From NCBI GenBank assembly GCA_963665295.1, contig OY762209.1, positions 3,712,001 through 3,776,000 on the forward strand: a DNA stretch of 64,000 nt, given 5' to 3'. The first letter of the stretch is position 1. Each line of letters begins with the position of its first letter. A model generated the notes under the pieces. The model saw nothing but the letters and a program-made list of their open reading frames with translations, was not told where the DNA came from and ran no database searches. Of the stretch, positions 35,938 to 45,480 are shown in pieces. The position numbers and the translations under genes were made by a program. The stretch comes from Syntrophorhabdaceae bacterium. Lineage in GTDB: Bacteria > Desulfobacterota > Syntrophorhabdia > Syntrophorhabdales > Syntrophorhabdaceae.

Positions 35938-38601
35938 ATGATCACGAGTGAAGCCAAAACCGAGAAGACGATAAGAACTATCGCCCCCATCGCTTCTGAT
36001 GAAGCTGACAAGATGCGCATCTTTTCTGAAATCCTTAGAAAGAGAGAGGAAAAAAACGAAAGGACCGTTGTCACCATTCTCAGGAGAATCGAATCCAACA
36101 CGTCCCTCCTGAAGAAGTTTGGAACCGCAGAGCCCGAGACCCATGACCGGGTGACTACTGCCAGGGGTACGATCCCGCGTAATGCTCCGCTGAGCCGCGC
36201 AAATAAAGGTCGTCACCTCACTGTCAAAGCAAAGGAAGAACGGTCGCAGAGGGCTGGTAAGGAAAGGAAAGAGCCCTCTAAGGGTGCTCTCGATTCCGCT
36301 CGCGATGAGAACAGCATGATCGGGAAAGCGGCAAGCGACAAGGTCCGGAGCCAGAAAACAGGGACCATGGAGCCCTCCGTTATCACCGCAAAGCGCGTGA
36401 AGCAAGAAGAGGCCGTAGGGGGAGTAATCCCTGAAGTACAGAGCGAAGCGAAGTCCGTAGACCAAAGACCTTCATCTGTCATGCCTCCCGAACCGGAAAG
36501 GGACACCAACGGTCGTTTTGTTGGCAAAAGCAAGTCTCAGGAGGCACGCGCCGAGCAGGGCAACAAGATTGGGAAGAAGTCTATTCTGCAAACCCTGAAG
36601 CGGGGCATGGAAGGGATAAACGATAAAGGCAGGGCGACGTTGGCAACCCATGCCGGGACCCTTGAAGAGGCTGCCGGAAGGGCGGCTGGCGGTCCCATAT
36701 TTGACGCGGTGATGGAACTCAAGGGTGCTCTCGATTCCGCTCGCGATGAGAACAGCATGATCGGGAAAGCGGCAAGATGGGTAGGGAAGAAAACGCGTGT
36801 GATGAAGAAGGACCAGGTACCCCGCGATAATGACCACGCAGATCAAGGCCGGTTTCTGGGTGCGAAAGAGGAGGGTGACAAGATTGTTGAAACCCTCAAT
36901 CAGTCCGAAGATGAAGACGGAAAGCGGCATGAAGAGCTAATCAAAGCGATTCTAAGGAATAGCAAGAGCGGAAATGGGGGAAACACCGCCAAAGGCCCCG
37001 GCAACCCGGATAGCACGGGTTTGCCCTACCCCAAGAAGACGGGCCCAGGGTCGAAAGTCAGAGAAAAGCTGAAACAAACCCTGCGAAGAAAACTCTCACC
37101 GACTATACAGAAGGTTCCAGGTATGCCGGGGAGCGGAGGACGAAGTGGGGGTGATATGCCAGGGATGCCCGGGTTTGGCCTGAAGGAACTCGTCAAAATG
37201 ACAGGGCCGTTCTTAAGTGCGGCGTTGCCAATTGCGATGCCGATATTAGTAGGTGCGGCTCTCCTCTGGGGCGCCAAAGAAGGGTATGGCCAGTTGCCCG
37301 AAGAGGAAAAGACGAAAAGAAAAGACACGACCGACCACCCTGGAGGTCCTGTTGTCAACGCATGGAAGAATGAGCCAGTAGACCCAAAGACTGGAAAAGC
37401 AATTTCGATAGGTGAGAGTGTCGCTCAATTTGTAGGTAGGCAGGAGAGCGGAGCAAAAAAGAATTACAGCGCCGTCAATCTTAACGATACGGGAGGTACC
37501 GTTTCTGCCGGAAAATACCAGTTCAATTCCAAAGGACAACTGCCCAGCTTCTTGGGAGTAAGAGACAAGGAGGGAATAACCAACGCTGACAAGTTTGGGA
37601 TAACAGCAGACCCTAAAAAGGACCCTCAAGGCTTTAAAGGGCAATGGCAAGCGGCTGCTTCAGGAGAGAACAAGGCAGAGTTTGAGAAGGCCCAGGATAT
37701 ACAATTCCAAAGCGCAGTGATAAACCCGGCCTTGACGAGGGCTCAAGCTCATGGGGTGGACATATCCGATGTAGGGACCCAAAAGATTGTTGCGAGCATG
37801 GCCACCACCACCGGCGCAGGAGGAAATACAAGAATACTTAAACGAGCAGTTGAGGCTGGCGGGGGTTATGAGGCATTCAAGAAACTTACTCCTGCACAGC
37901 AACAAGACCTTATTGTCGCGGAAAGAAAGAATTACGTTCAAAACGATGTGTCTACGATGACACCGAAGCAAAAAGCTGAAGCCCTTGAGAGATATGACCG
38001 CGAAAAGGCGGAAGTCAGAACAGGGACCACCACCTCTACGGTTGACAAGAACGCGGAGACCAAACCCGTACCCACAGTTGCAACGGTAGCCAAAGAAGAG
38101 AAGAAGCAGCTTTTGACGGCAAAGGGCGAACCAGCCATCGAGACAGCGACCGCTACACCTGTCGCAAAACCGGGATCTACTGCTCTCGGTCAAGGAGCGG
38201 CAACCACGGAAGCAACAAAACCTATGGCGGTGGCCACTGCTCTTCCTATGGCAGGACCCAAGGGGTTCATGGCCAACGCAATGAACGTTGCCGACGCAAA
38301 CCAGATTGTTCCTGAAATGCCCGTTACTACTCTCGCCAAGGGAGCACCTGCGCGGGTAGTGGGCCCTCCAGAAAGGATTACCACGGCCAGGGCAATGACT
38401 AACGAGCAGCCGAAGCAGACTCAAGGGCCTTCGCAAGCCGGAACGGACATGAGCGGTACGCTGATGGTCGCGCTCGAAAAGCTCAATGCGAGCGTCGCGA
38501 AAATGTCGGGTAACGATGAAACTGCGCAATCGGGGGCCCCGGTGATCCGGACGGAATTTGACGACACCATGCTGACTCTCATGGCATATGACAGGGTGTG
38601 A
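35938..38601 (+). CDS. sit: Tape measure / injection protein with lysozyme-like domain (P1 Sit position)
   Basis: RDTNGRF motif, hydrophobic segment, QESG...YSAV...DTGGTVSAGKYQF muramidase-like motif. Confidence 0.7.
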   Translation: MITSEAKTEKTIRTIAPIASDEADKMRIFSEILRKREEKNERTVVTILRRIESNTSLLKKFGTAEPETHDRVTTARGTIPRNAPLSRANKGRHLTVKAKEERSQRAGKERKEPSKGALDSARDENSMIGKAASDKVRSQKTGTMEPSVITAKRVKQEEAVGGVIPEVQSEAKSVDQRPSSVMPPEPERDTNGRFVGKSKSQEARAEQGNKIGKKSILQTLKRGMEGINDKGRATLATHAGTLEEAAGRAAGGPIFDAVMELKGALDSARDENSMIGKAARWVGKKTRVMKKDQVPRDNDHADQGRFLGAKEEGDKIVETLNQSEDEDGKRHEELIKAILRNSKSGNGGNTAKGPGNPDSTGLPYPKKTGPGSKVREKLKQTLRRKLSPTIQKVPGMPGSGGRSGGDMPGMPGFGLKELVKMTGPFLSAALPIAMPILVGAALLWGAKEGYGQLPEEEKTKRKDTTDHPGGPVVNAWKNEPVDPKTGKAISIGESVAQFVGRQESGAKKNYSAVNLNDTGGTVSAGKYQFNSKGQLPSFLGVRDKEGITNADKFGITADPKKDPQGFKGQWQAAASGENKAEFEKAQDIQFQSAVINPALTRAQAHGVDISDVGTQKIVASMATTTGAGGNTRILKRAVEAGGGYEAFKKLTPAQQQDLIVAERKNYVQNDVSTMTPKQKAEALERYDREKAEVRTGTTTSTVDKNAETKPVPTVATVAKEEKKQLLTAKGEPAIETATATPVAKPGSTALGQGAATTEATKPMAVATALPMAGPKGFMANAMNVADANQIVPEMPVTTLAKGAPARVVGPPERITTARAMTNEQPKQTQGPSQAGTDMSGTLMVALEKLNASVAKMSGNDETAQSGAPVIRTEFDDTMLTLMAYDRV
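36280..36776 (+). repeat. Exact 56-bp direct repeat within the tape measure gene
   Basis: 36280-36335 equals 36721-36776 (KGALDSARDENSMIGKAA). Confidence 0.9.
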
Positions 38602-38602
38602 A

Positions 38603-38956
38603 ATGGGTACTTATATCGAAGAATTCGACCACTTACTTGAACTGAATCCGACAACGGAGGTCAGAAAGTACGACGATGAGGACGCGTTGCAGGATCGGAT
38701 ATTTGAATGGCTGGAAACGCCCCAGGGAACTGTGGCTGACCTTCCCGGGTGGGGACATAACCTGACCATCTTGAAGCATGAGCCCGAGGGCGTCAACCTG
38801 AATGTTGTGGCGGAAATGAGCATCATGACGAAGATGCCCCAGGACATAGAGAATCTGGTCATTGAAGGTGTCAGCATCACATTCACCGAAATCGATCTGT
38901 GTCAGGTAGTCATCACGCATCGGCTTGGAATATTCGAGGAGACGATAGAGCTGTGA
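38603..38956 (+). CDS. T4 gp25-like sheath initiator (P1 PmgA position)
   Basis: EWLETPQGTVADLPGWG. Confidence 0.75.
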   Translation: MGTYIEEFDHLLELNPTTEVRKYDDEDALQDRIFEWLETPQGTVADLPGWGHNLTILKHEPEGVNLNVVAEMSIMTKMPQDIENLVIEGVSITFTEIDLCQVVITHRLGIFEETIEL

Positions 38957-40386
38957 TCACCAAAGACGAAGCAGTAGCAAAATTCAAAGAGATTCTTACG
39001 GCAAAGGCTTCATGGAGAACTTTGTCGAAATCGCAGTTTGTCAACCACCTTGCCATCTTTATGAGCTGGGTATTGCGGGAGGCGCTTTGGAAGATCGAGC
39101 GAGTCTTTCAGGAATACTTCCTCTCCACGGCATTAAATGAATCCAGCATCCTGGCGCATGTTGAGGACCGGGAATACATTCCTCGGAAAAGGACACCGGC
39201 GTCAGGATCCGGAACGATCACGAATAATGGGGCGAGCACAGTGTACCTGCCTGTCTATCAACCATTGTCTTCCGATGCTGACCTCGATTATGTCACGGAT
39301 CAGGCATTGACACTTGCCCCGGGCCAGGTGGCCGCCGTTGAATTCATCCAAAGATCAGAGATGGAAGCGATCCATACCGTTACAGAGGCGTCGGCGTTCT
39401 ATGGAATCCTTTTCGATGAGAGCCTCGACAGTAGACTGACATCCGATCGGGCAGCCAAAATATGTGACTTCGGTGTCTATGTCGATCTTGGTGAGGGCCT
39501 CGGGTATGAACTTTGGACTTACTCGCGCCTCTTCCAGAATGCATATGAGGGAGATCAGGTCTACGACGAATTCCACACACATGCGGGGAAGGCTGGAATT
39601 CGTTTTGGAAACAGCTACGTCGGCACGATCCTTCCCGCGGGAGCCTTGGTAAAGATTGTGTTGCGGCTCACGGACGGTGATACGAGCTTGGCCGAGGGGC
39701 AGTCGTTGTACGTAGTGGGTGAGGTCCTGGATGCTGTGGGAGAAATTGCTGACTTGGCCATCGTCACAACGGAGGCTATCACTGATGGCCAGGATGCTGA
39801 GACAGTTGAGGAGATGAGACAGAATCTCCAATACTGGCCCATTTATGATGAAAAGCTCGTATGGCGGGATGACTATGTCTTCTTCATCAAAAAGGCCGTG
39901 GCCGATATCCTGTGGATCAAGGTATGGGGAGAGGAAGACGCTGAGGCACTTCACGGGCCCCGCTTCGAGTACATTAACAAGATATTCGTTTCTGCCTATG
40001 CAAAGGATCGATCGGGTCTTTCCACCGAAATTACCGACGCGCTGGCCGGCGTCAATATTCTTAACCGGAAATTTCAGTGGATAGACCCGATTTTCTCTAC
40101 CTTCTCCCTGGCGATTACGGGAAAGGTTGCCCGGACCGTCGCTATCACCGATGCACAGACGGCAATCAGGGAAGCCCTGACAAAGAAGTATGGCAAAGAA
40201 TCATCGAGCAGGCTGACGGAAGTGCGAGTAAAGGACTTTTACAGTATCATCAATTCGACTGGGTACTTTTCGGTAACCGGAGCCTATTTTGAAGTTGCAC
40301 ATGCCGGAACAACCGAAGCGACGGAACTTAACGACATGGTTCACATCGACATGGATGCGACCACGATCACGCTGAGCTATATATGA
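38953..40386 (+). CDS. bplA: Baseplate wedge subunit
   Basis: FLSTALNESSILA, IRFGN, GQDAETVEEMR, VWGE. Confidence 0.8.
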   Translation: MITKDEAVAKFKEILTAKASWRTLSKSQFVNHLAIFMSWVLREALWKIERVFQEYFLSTALNESSILAHVEDREYIPRKRTPASGSGTITNNGASTVYLPVYQPLSSDADLDYVTDQALTLAPGQVAAVEFIQRSEMEAIHTVTEASAFYGILFDESLDSRLTSDRAAKICDFGVYVDLGEGLGYELWTYSRLFQNAYEGDQVYDEFHTHAGKAGIRFGNSYVGTILPAGALVKIVLRLTDGDTSLAEGQSLYVVGEVLDAVGEIADLAIVTTEAITDGQDAETVEEMRQNLQYWPIYDEKLVWRDDYVFFIKKAVADILWIKVWGEEDAEALHGPRFEYINKIFVSAYAKDRSGLSTEITDALAGVNILNRKFQWIDPIFSTFSLAITGKVARTVAITDAQTAIREALTKKYGKESSSRLTEVRVKDFYSIINSTGYFSVTGAYFEVAHAGTTEATELNDMVHIDMDATTITLSYI

Positions 40387-41921
40387 TTGATTGGCTGAAG
40401 AAAAGACTATCGCCCGTAAAGAAGGATTCCTCGAGGTGGAAGGAACTGGCTGAAGCCATACAGGATTTTTGGGCGGAGAATTTTGACCCCGGGTATAATG
40501 TGCTCGCTGGCCTTCGGTCTATCTATACGGCTGATTCTGCAAATCAGAAGCGCTTTCTCGTAGAGATGGGTCACTACTTCGAAGATGGTATTGCCGAGGA
40601 AAACATCCCGGTCAGCGTTGCCATGCGCAAGATGGAGTTACACCAAAAGGAAACGAACGTTCCCTTGGTGCGTTCCATGGCCAGGATCGGATTCGCCGCT
40701 GAATGGGCTCCGCTTTATGCTCCCAGGGGCGAGGTTTACGGAACCTCATTCTATACCGAAGATGAACTTGAAGCGGCAGGGCTCCATCTCGATGCCGATG
40801 TAATTCGTCTTGACGGGTCATGGTACATAGGAGATGATTCGGCCGTTCACCTGACCTCCGACGGAGTTTATATGACGTCCCGGGCAAAGATGATCATCGA
40901 TCTTTCAACCGGACGCGTCCCTGGGATGATCGATGTTGCTCGGCGCCGAATCATGCAGGTCAAGCCTCTCCACATTGTGTTTGACGGCTTCAAATATCGC
41001 ATATTGCTTGAAATATCAGCCAAGCCACGCCACGAAATGCATCTGAGGATGGTGAAAACCGTCGATCAGTATTATCCATGGTGTACACCGAAGCTCACGG
41101 GACTTTGGAAAGTAGGCACCAATATCATGATTCCACACCGACATTTGGACGGAACCTGGAAACTGAATGGTGCGGACCTTGGACATTACCTCGTATCCGG
41201 AACGGTTCACAAGCAGCTTCTCCAATGTACCATGACCAGCGGCATGAGGGTAGTAAAGAACATCGAGAGGCCGGATAAACATTTCGATGTTCGCCTTGGA
41301 GAATCCCTTTTAAAGCTGGACGGCTTGTGGCATGTCGGCAGGAATCGGATATTGACCCTTAGCGGCGAGAGAAAACTCAGAAAGGGGCCCTTGGAAGTTG
41401 ATGCTACGCCAGCATGGAGCTTCCGCTCAGGAGACGCCTGCACCATTCAATATCCTGTATCACCCAAGAAGTTAGGACTTCTGGCCACATTGGTAAGTTG
41501 GCGACGGCTTGACGGGAGATGGGTGGTTGGCGGGCAACTGGGAATTAAGCCTAACAATCTTGACGGTACATGGGTGTTACGCACTCCCGGAATTAGAACC
41601 GGACAGTCATTTGGTCTGGCTAAAAAGCTCGGGAATATCGGGCTATTCCGAAATATCGGCCGCTACACGGTTCGAGTAGGCGAGGGGTGGAGTCGTAAGC
41701 TTGATGGGCGATGGGTGGTCGGTGCTTATCACGATCTGGATGGAACATGGGGGCTGGATGGGTCTCATCGATTGGGCGCGATCCGGATAGGGCGATACTT
41801 TCGCAAGCTGGATATGAGCTGGAAGGTCGGTGAAGTTACGAAACGGCTCGACGGAGCATGGCAGGTAGGCCAGCCGGGACCGGAATGCGAAATGAGTATC
41901 ACGGTAAGGAAAGCGGCATAG
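40383..41921 (+). CDS. Baseplate wedge protein (P1 gp16 position) with LDGxW-repeat extension
   Basis: VKPLHIVFDG; about 10 LDGxW-type repeats. Confidence 0.7.
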   Translation: MIDWLKKRLSPVKKDSSRWKELAEAIQDFWAENFDPGYNVLAGLRSIYTADSANQKRFLVEMGHYFEDGIAEENIPVSVAMRKMELHQKETNVPLVRSMARIGFAAEWAPLYAPRGEVYGTSFYTEDELEAAGLHLDADVIRLDGSWYIGDDSAVHLTSDGVYMTSRAKMIIDLSTGRVPGMIDVARRRIMQVKPLHIVFDGFKYRILLEISAKPRHEMHLRMVKTVDQYYPWCTPKLTGLWKVGTNIMIPHRHLDGTWKLNGADLGHYLVSGTVHKQLLQCTMTSGMRVVKNIERPDKHFDVRLGESLLKLDGLWHVGRNRILTLSGERKLRKGPLEVDATPAWSFRSGDACTIQYPVSPKKLGLLATLVSWRRLDGRWVVGGQLGIKPNNLDGTWVLRTPGIRTGQSFGLAKKLGNIGLFRNIGRYTVRVGEGWSRKLDGRWVVGAYHDLDGTWGLDGSHRLGAIRIGRYFRKLDMSWKVGEVTKRLDGAWQVGQPGPECEMSITVRKAA

Positions 41922-41945
41922 GACACACAAGAAAGGAGGAAGAGA

Positions 41946-42326
41946 ATGTCAGAGGCAACAACTACGAATGGTTACCGTCAGCGATTGGCGAAACTGCACT
42001 ACGACGGAACGGCGCTGTCTCAAGTGGCGCAGATGGCTTTCGGGGATGGCGGCCATAATCCGGACGGCTCACCCAAGACCCCAAACCCGGCACAAACGAC
42101 CCTCGTTCGTGAGGTGCTCAGGAAGAACCTCAGTGCGATTGCGCAGGAAGATCTCTATTCCGTCACTGGGACAGGTCTCATTACCGAAGCAGAGCTTGTG
42201 GGCATCCATATTTCCGAGGCGGGGCTTCTGGATGCATCTGGGAATCTTCTCGGGTTCCGGAATTTCGCCCCAAAGATTAAGGAAGCGGACGAAGAGTATG
42301 AAATCAAAATCAAGCTGAAGTTTTAA
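41946..42326 (+). CDS. Tail fibre collar/attachment protein
   Basis: MAFGDGG...ISEAGLLDASGNL. Confidence 0.75.
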   Translation: MSEATTTNGYRQRLAKLHYDGTALSQVAQMAFGDGGHNPDGSPKTPNPAQTTLVREVLRKNLSAIAQEDLYSVTGTGLITEAELVGIHISEAGLLDASGNLLGFRNFAPKIKEADEEYEIKIKLKF

Positions 42327-42350
42327 TCCACAGGAAAGGAGGATAAAGAT

Positions 42351-43259
42351 ATGGTGGCATTACCACATGCAGCTATCACGCCCATTCCCAACAATGAGCC
42401 CGATGCCGTTCCGAGCCTCTGGAATGATCGTTATCTGGAAATTGACGAGAATTTCGGAAATCTGAACGGAAGAACAGGAGCCATGGAAAGTGAGGTCCAG
42501 GCCGCGAGAGGCGGAAAGGAGTCTATCAACGCAAGACTGGACCAGGTCGAAACCAACATGGAAGGTCTTGACCCCGAATTTCAGAACAACCTGATTGCCG
42601 CGGTCCTTGCTGCAACCGATATGGCGGCCTTGGCAAACCGCGAGTTGGAACGGTTCCGGCGTGTGCGGATACAGGAGGGCGAAACCACCATCTACAATCG
42701 CGGGATTATCTCGGGCTGCGCGATTACCCGCAAGGCGGCAGGCGTCAGAGTCTTGAGTCTCGCTTTGGGGAGTCTTTTTATTCACGGGAGACGCTACGTA
42801 GTGACTGCCGACACTGACGCGACCGCCGTCCCACCCAACTCCGGCGCAAGTTCCGCCATCTGCTATGTATACCTCTACGTTGACGAAAATGGAGAGGTGC
42901 AGTGCCAGTGCACGGCACTCAATACAGCGGTGCCGAGCAATGGACTTACCATCTACACCATCACCGTTCCGGCGGGAAGCACCGGCGATGGCGATGCCTT
43001 CACGATCACTGATGTGAGACGCGCCGAAGCGGGCTGGCCAAACGTGTTTGCAGCCCCGGTCTACGCAGCGATTGCGTTGCCGTATGTCCTGCCTGACACG
43101 AACTACGGTGTTCACCTCGATGTCGTGTCTTGCGAAGGCGGGCGTCAGCAGATCGGTGACCTTGAGGTGGCAGATCGCCTCACGAACGGCTTCAAAATAT
43201 ACCTGGGAGGCGCGGCTGATGCAGTCTGCATCCGCTACACCGTCCAGCGCATGATTTAA
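42351..43259 (+). CDS. Tail fibre protein
   Basis: Coiled-coil N-terminus, beta-rich C-terminus (YGVHLDV...TNGFKI); position. Confidence 0.6.
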   Translation: MVALPHAAITPIPNNEPDAVPSLWNDRYLEIDENFGNLNGRTGAMESEVQAARGGKESINARLDQVETNMEGLDPEFQNNLIAAVLAATDMAALANRELERFRRVRIQEGETTIYNRGIISGCAITRKAAGVRVLSLALGSLFIHGRRYVVTADTDATAVPPNSGASSAICYVYLYVDENGEVQCQCTALNTAVPSNGLTIYTITVPAGSTGDGDAFTITDVRRAEAGWPNVFAAPVYAAIALPYVLPDTNYGVHLDVVSCEGGRQQIGDLEVADRLTNGFKIYLGGAADAVCIRYTVQRMI

Positions 43260-43269
43260 GGGGGCTACC

Positions 43270-43650
43270 ATGCAAGTTGAAATCTTAGGCAATGGACCTT
43301 TGGCCGAGTACTCAGTAAACGGAACCACCGTGAAGATCGGCGGTGAGGGCGGAGTTGAAATTGACTGCGCTGCATTGCAGTCGGATGCGGCGACCACCAT
43401 CGATATTTGTCGGGATGGAATCGGCAACCTGGTAAGAGGGGTAGGAGACGGAGTGTCCTATGTGGCGTCCCTCATCATTCCTCCGCAGGAAAAAAGCGAA
43501 CAGTTGAAGTACGAGAACGGCAATCCGGTTGTGGATGATGATGGCAAGCAGGTCTATGAGGTGGTCATTGCGCCCCTGAACATGGATAAAGTTCGGCTGT
43601 CGCTGTGGCCCTTCATAAATCCCGAACCGGTATCGCAGGAAAGACTGTAA
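43270..43650 (+). CDS. Fibre-associated protein
   Basis: YVASLIIPP...PLNMDKVRLSLW; lies between the fibre and the Mtd-like gene. Confidence 0.6.
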   Translation: MQVEILGNGPLAEYSVNGTTVKIGGEGGVEIDCAALQSDAATTIDICRDGIGNLVRGVGDGVSYVASLIIPPQEKSEQLKYENGNPVVDDDGKQVYEVVIAPLNMDKVRLSLWPFINPEPVSQERL

Positions 43651-43678
43651 TATCAAAATTTGAAGGAGGTTTTAAGAC

Positions 43679-44695
43679 ATGCTGATTTTTAATAAAGACC
43701 CATTGAGAGCGGCAGTCGAGGCAGCAAGCGGCGGCAGGGTGACGGTGTTGTATGACGACAAGGGATACCCGAGTCACATGGCCATTATCCCGAAATTTCT
43801 GGTGGAGACCATAGATGCCGACCTTGGGACCGGTGTCCATCCGGCATTCCTCGCGAATGGCGTGGAGAAATCCGAGATCTTCATTGGACAGTTTAAGGCC
43901 AACGTGCTTGACGGTCGAGCCCTTTCCCTCCCCGGGTATGATCCTACCGCCAGCGTCAACTTCAATACGGCAAAGGGGTATTGCACAGCCAAAGGCCCCG
44001 GCTGGCATCTGATGAGCAATTGGGAGGCTGCCGCGCTCGCCCTTTACTGCATCAAAAACGGTCAGCCTCGCGGCAATACCGACTACGGCAGGCACCATAC
44101 GTCCATTCATGAATGTGGGCGCCGGCAGGATGGCGTTGCTCCTGGTATCGGCTCCGGTACGGCCCGGGCTCTCAACGGCTCCGGTCCTGCCTCGTGGCGG
44201 CATGACGGCACACTGGCCGGCATCGATGGCCTGTGCGGCAACATCTGGGAATGGGTGGACGGCATGAAGATCGTCGCCGGAAAGTTCTACTTCCCCGACG
44301 ACAACTATTTCACTCAAGCGGAGGGGTCCTGGAAGGATCAGGGCGTGATTATCGCTAATGACAGCGCCGCTAAACTCGGCGTGGCCGGTACGGATACCCT
44401 TTACGCCAATGGTGGCGTTTCCTTTGGTGCCTGGAAGGGATTGACGCGGACCACGGCCTATGCGGCCCTTTCCACGGCGATCAAGAACCGATTTATGCAG
44501 GCCATGATTGATCCGGCATTCGACAACAGCGGCCCGGTTGGAAGTTTCTATTTTGACACGACTACAGAGCGCGTTCCTCTCCGGTTTGGCCATTGGTACA
44601 ACGGCGCCGATGCTGGCGTGGCTGCGTTGGGCTTGCACAACACGCGTTCTAACGTGGACCTGTTCGTCGGGTTTCGCCCCGCCTACATCGGTTGA
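43679..44695 (+). CDS. Mtd-like receptor-binding protein (FGE/C-type lectin fold), DGR target type
   Basis: HPAF, GWHLMSNWE, GLCGNIWEWVDG, terminal R-x-G-x-W...GFRPA. Confidence 0.85.
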   Translation: MLIFNKDPLRAAVEAASGGRVTVLYDDKGYPSHMAIIPKFLVETIDADLGTGVHPAFLANGVEKSEIFIGQFKANVLDGRALSLPGYDPTASVNFNTAKGYCTAKGPGWHLMSNWEAAALALYCIKNGQPRGNTDYGRHHTSIHECGRRQDGVAPGIGSGTARALNGSGPASWRHDGTLAGIDGLCGNIWEWVDGMKIVAGKFYFPDDNYFTQAEGSWKDQGVIIANDSAAKLGVAGTDTLYANGGVSFGAWKGLTRTTAYAALSTAIKNRFMQAMIDPAFDNSGPVGSFYFDTTTERVPLRFGHWYNGADAGVAALGLHNTRSNVDLFVGFRPAYIG

Positions 44696-44715
44696 GTGAA
44701 GGTCCGTTAATCTGC

Positions 44716-44737
44716 GGGGTGGGTTATCACCCACCCC
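44716..44737. other. DGR-type hairpin downstream of the variable region (may also act as a terminator)
   Basis: GGGGTGGGT-TATC-ACCCACCCC; 9-bp stem, loop reads GATA on the minus strand. Confidence 0.65.
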
Positions 44738-44758
44738 TTTAAGCTGTGATAGGGGAGA

Positions 44759-44871
44759 ATGACGAGGAATCTGATTGTCTATGAGAAAGAACTTTCGAAA
44801 TGAGCAAAGCGGCTGAAGGACAGGACAATCTATGGCAGGTTCTGGCCAGAGCGGTATTCACGAGGACATAA
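44759..44871 (+). pseudogene. Possible scar of a deleted avd-TR-RT cassette
   Basis: GGGGAG RBS then MTRNLIVYEK, continuing TFEM after a frameshift and ending VLARAVFTRT-stop. Confidence 0.4.
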
Positions 44872-44886
44872 GGAAGGAGGTGGACC

Positions 44887-45480
44887 ATGATTCATATCGA
44901 TTTTGACAAATTCAACAAAGTGGGGTTGAAGCCGATTCTGGAAAAGTTCGAGAAGGAGGGTTTGCCGGTTGCCGGCGTGGAGGCCGATAACAAGGCGAAG
45001 CGCGAATCCGGATTTCAGGTAAAATCAGCAACCATCAACTTCGAGAGTGGGCAAAAACTTCTTGTGAAAACGAAAGCTGGCGGTTCAATTTTCCAGGTCA
45101 AGTTGAACAATAAAGTCTTGGCCATCAAGAACGTTGACGACCTCGACAAGGCTATCCAGGAAGTTATCGATTATGCCAAGGAAAATGAGAAGAACTATCA
45201 GAAACAGAGGGAAAAGCAACTTGCCCGGCAGAAAGTGAACGTTCCCAAGATTACGCCTGCCAACGCCTCGGTAGCAGAGCAGATCACACAGTACCAAGCG
45301 ACTCTTGACGAAACGAGGGCTGCCGACGAGGACCTGAGCACCCAAGTGACAGACGTTGAGAATACCAATGCCGAGAAAGGCAGTACTGTAAGTGTCCTCG
45401 AAAACGAACTGAACGGGTTGGTGGCCGCGGGAGAGGCCCTTCAAAATGAATATGACCAACTGAAGGAGGTGGCAGCATGA
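44887..45480 (+). CDS. hdf: Hdf-like protein (DarA N-terminal homologue)
   Basis: KRESGFQVKSATINFESGQ...GSIFQVKLNNK; directly upstream of darA. Confidence 0.75.
   Translation: MIHIDFDKFNKVGLKPILEKFEKEGLPVAGVEADNKAKRESGFQVKSATINFESGQKLLVKTKAGGSIFQVKLNNKVLAIKNVDDLDKAIQEVIDYAKENEKNYQKQREKQLARQKVNVPKITPANASVAEQITQYQATLDETRAADEDLSTQVTDVENTNAEKGSTVSVLENELNGLVAAGEALQNEYDQLKEVAA

Noticed and set aside
41946..44695. P1-type Cin invertible tail fibre segment
   Set aside because: No invertase, inverted fibre copy or cix-like repeats seen
43679..44886. Complete active DGR
   Set aside because: No reverse transcriptase motif or template repeat seen in the window
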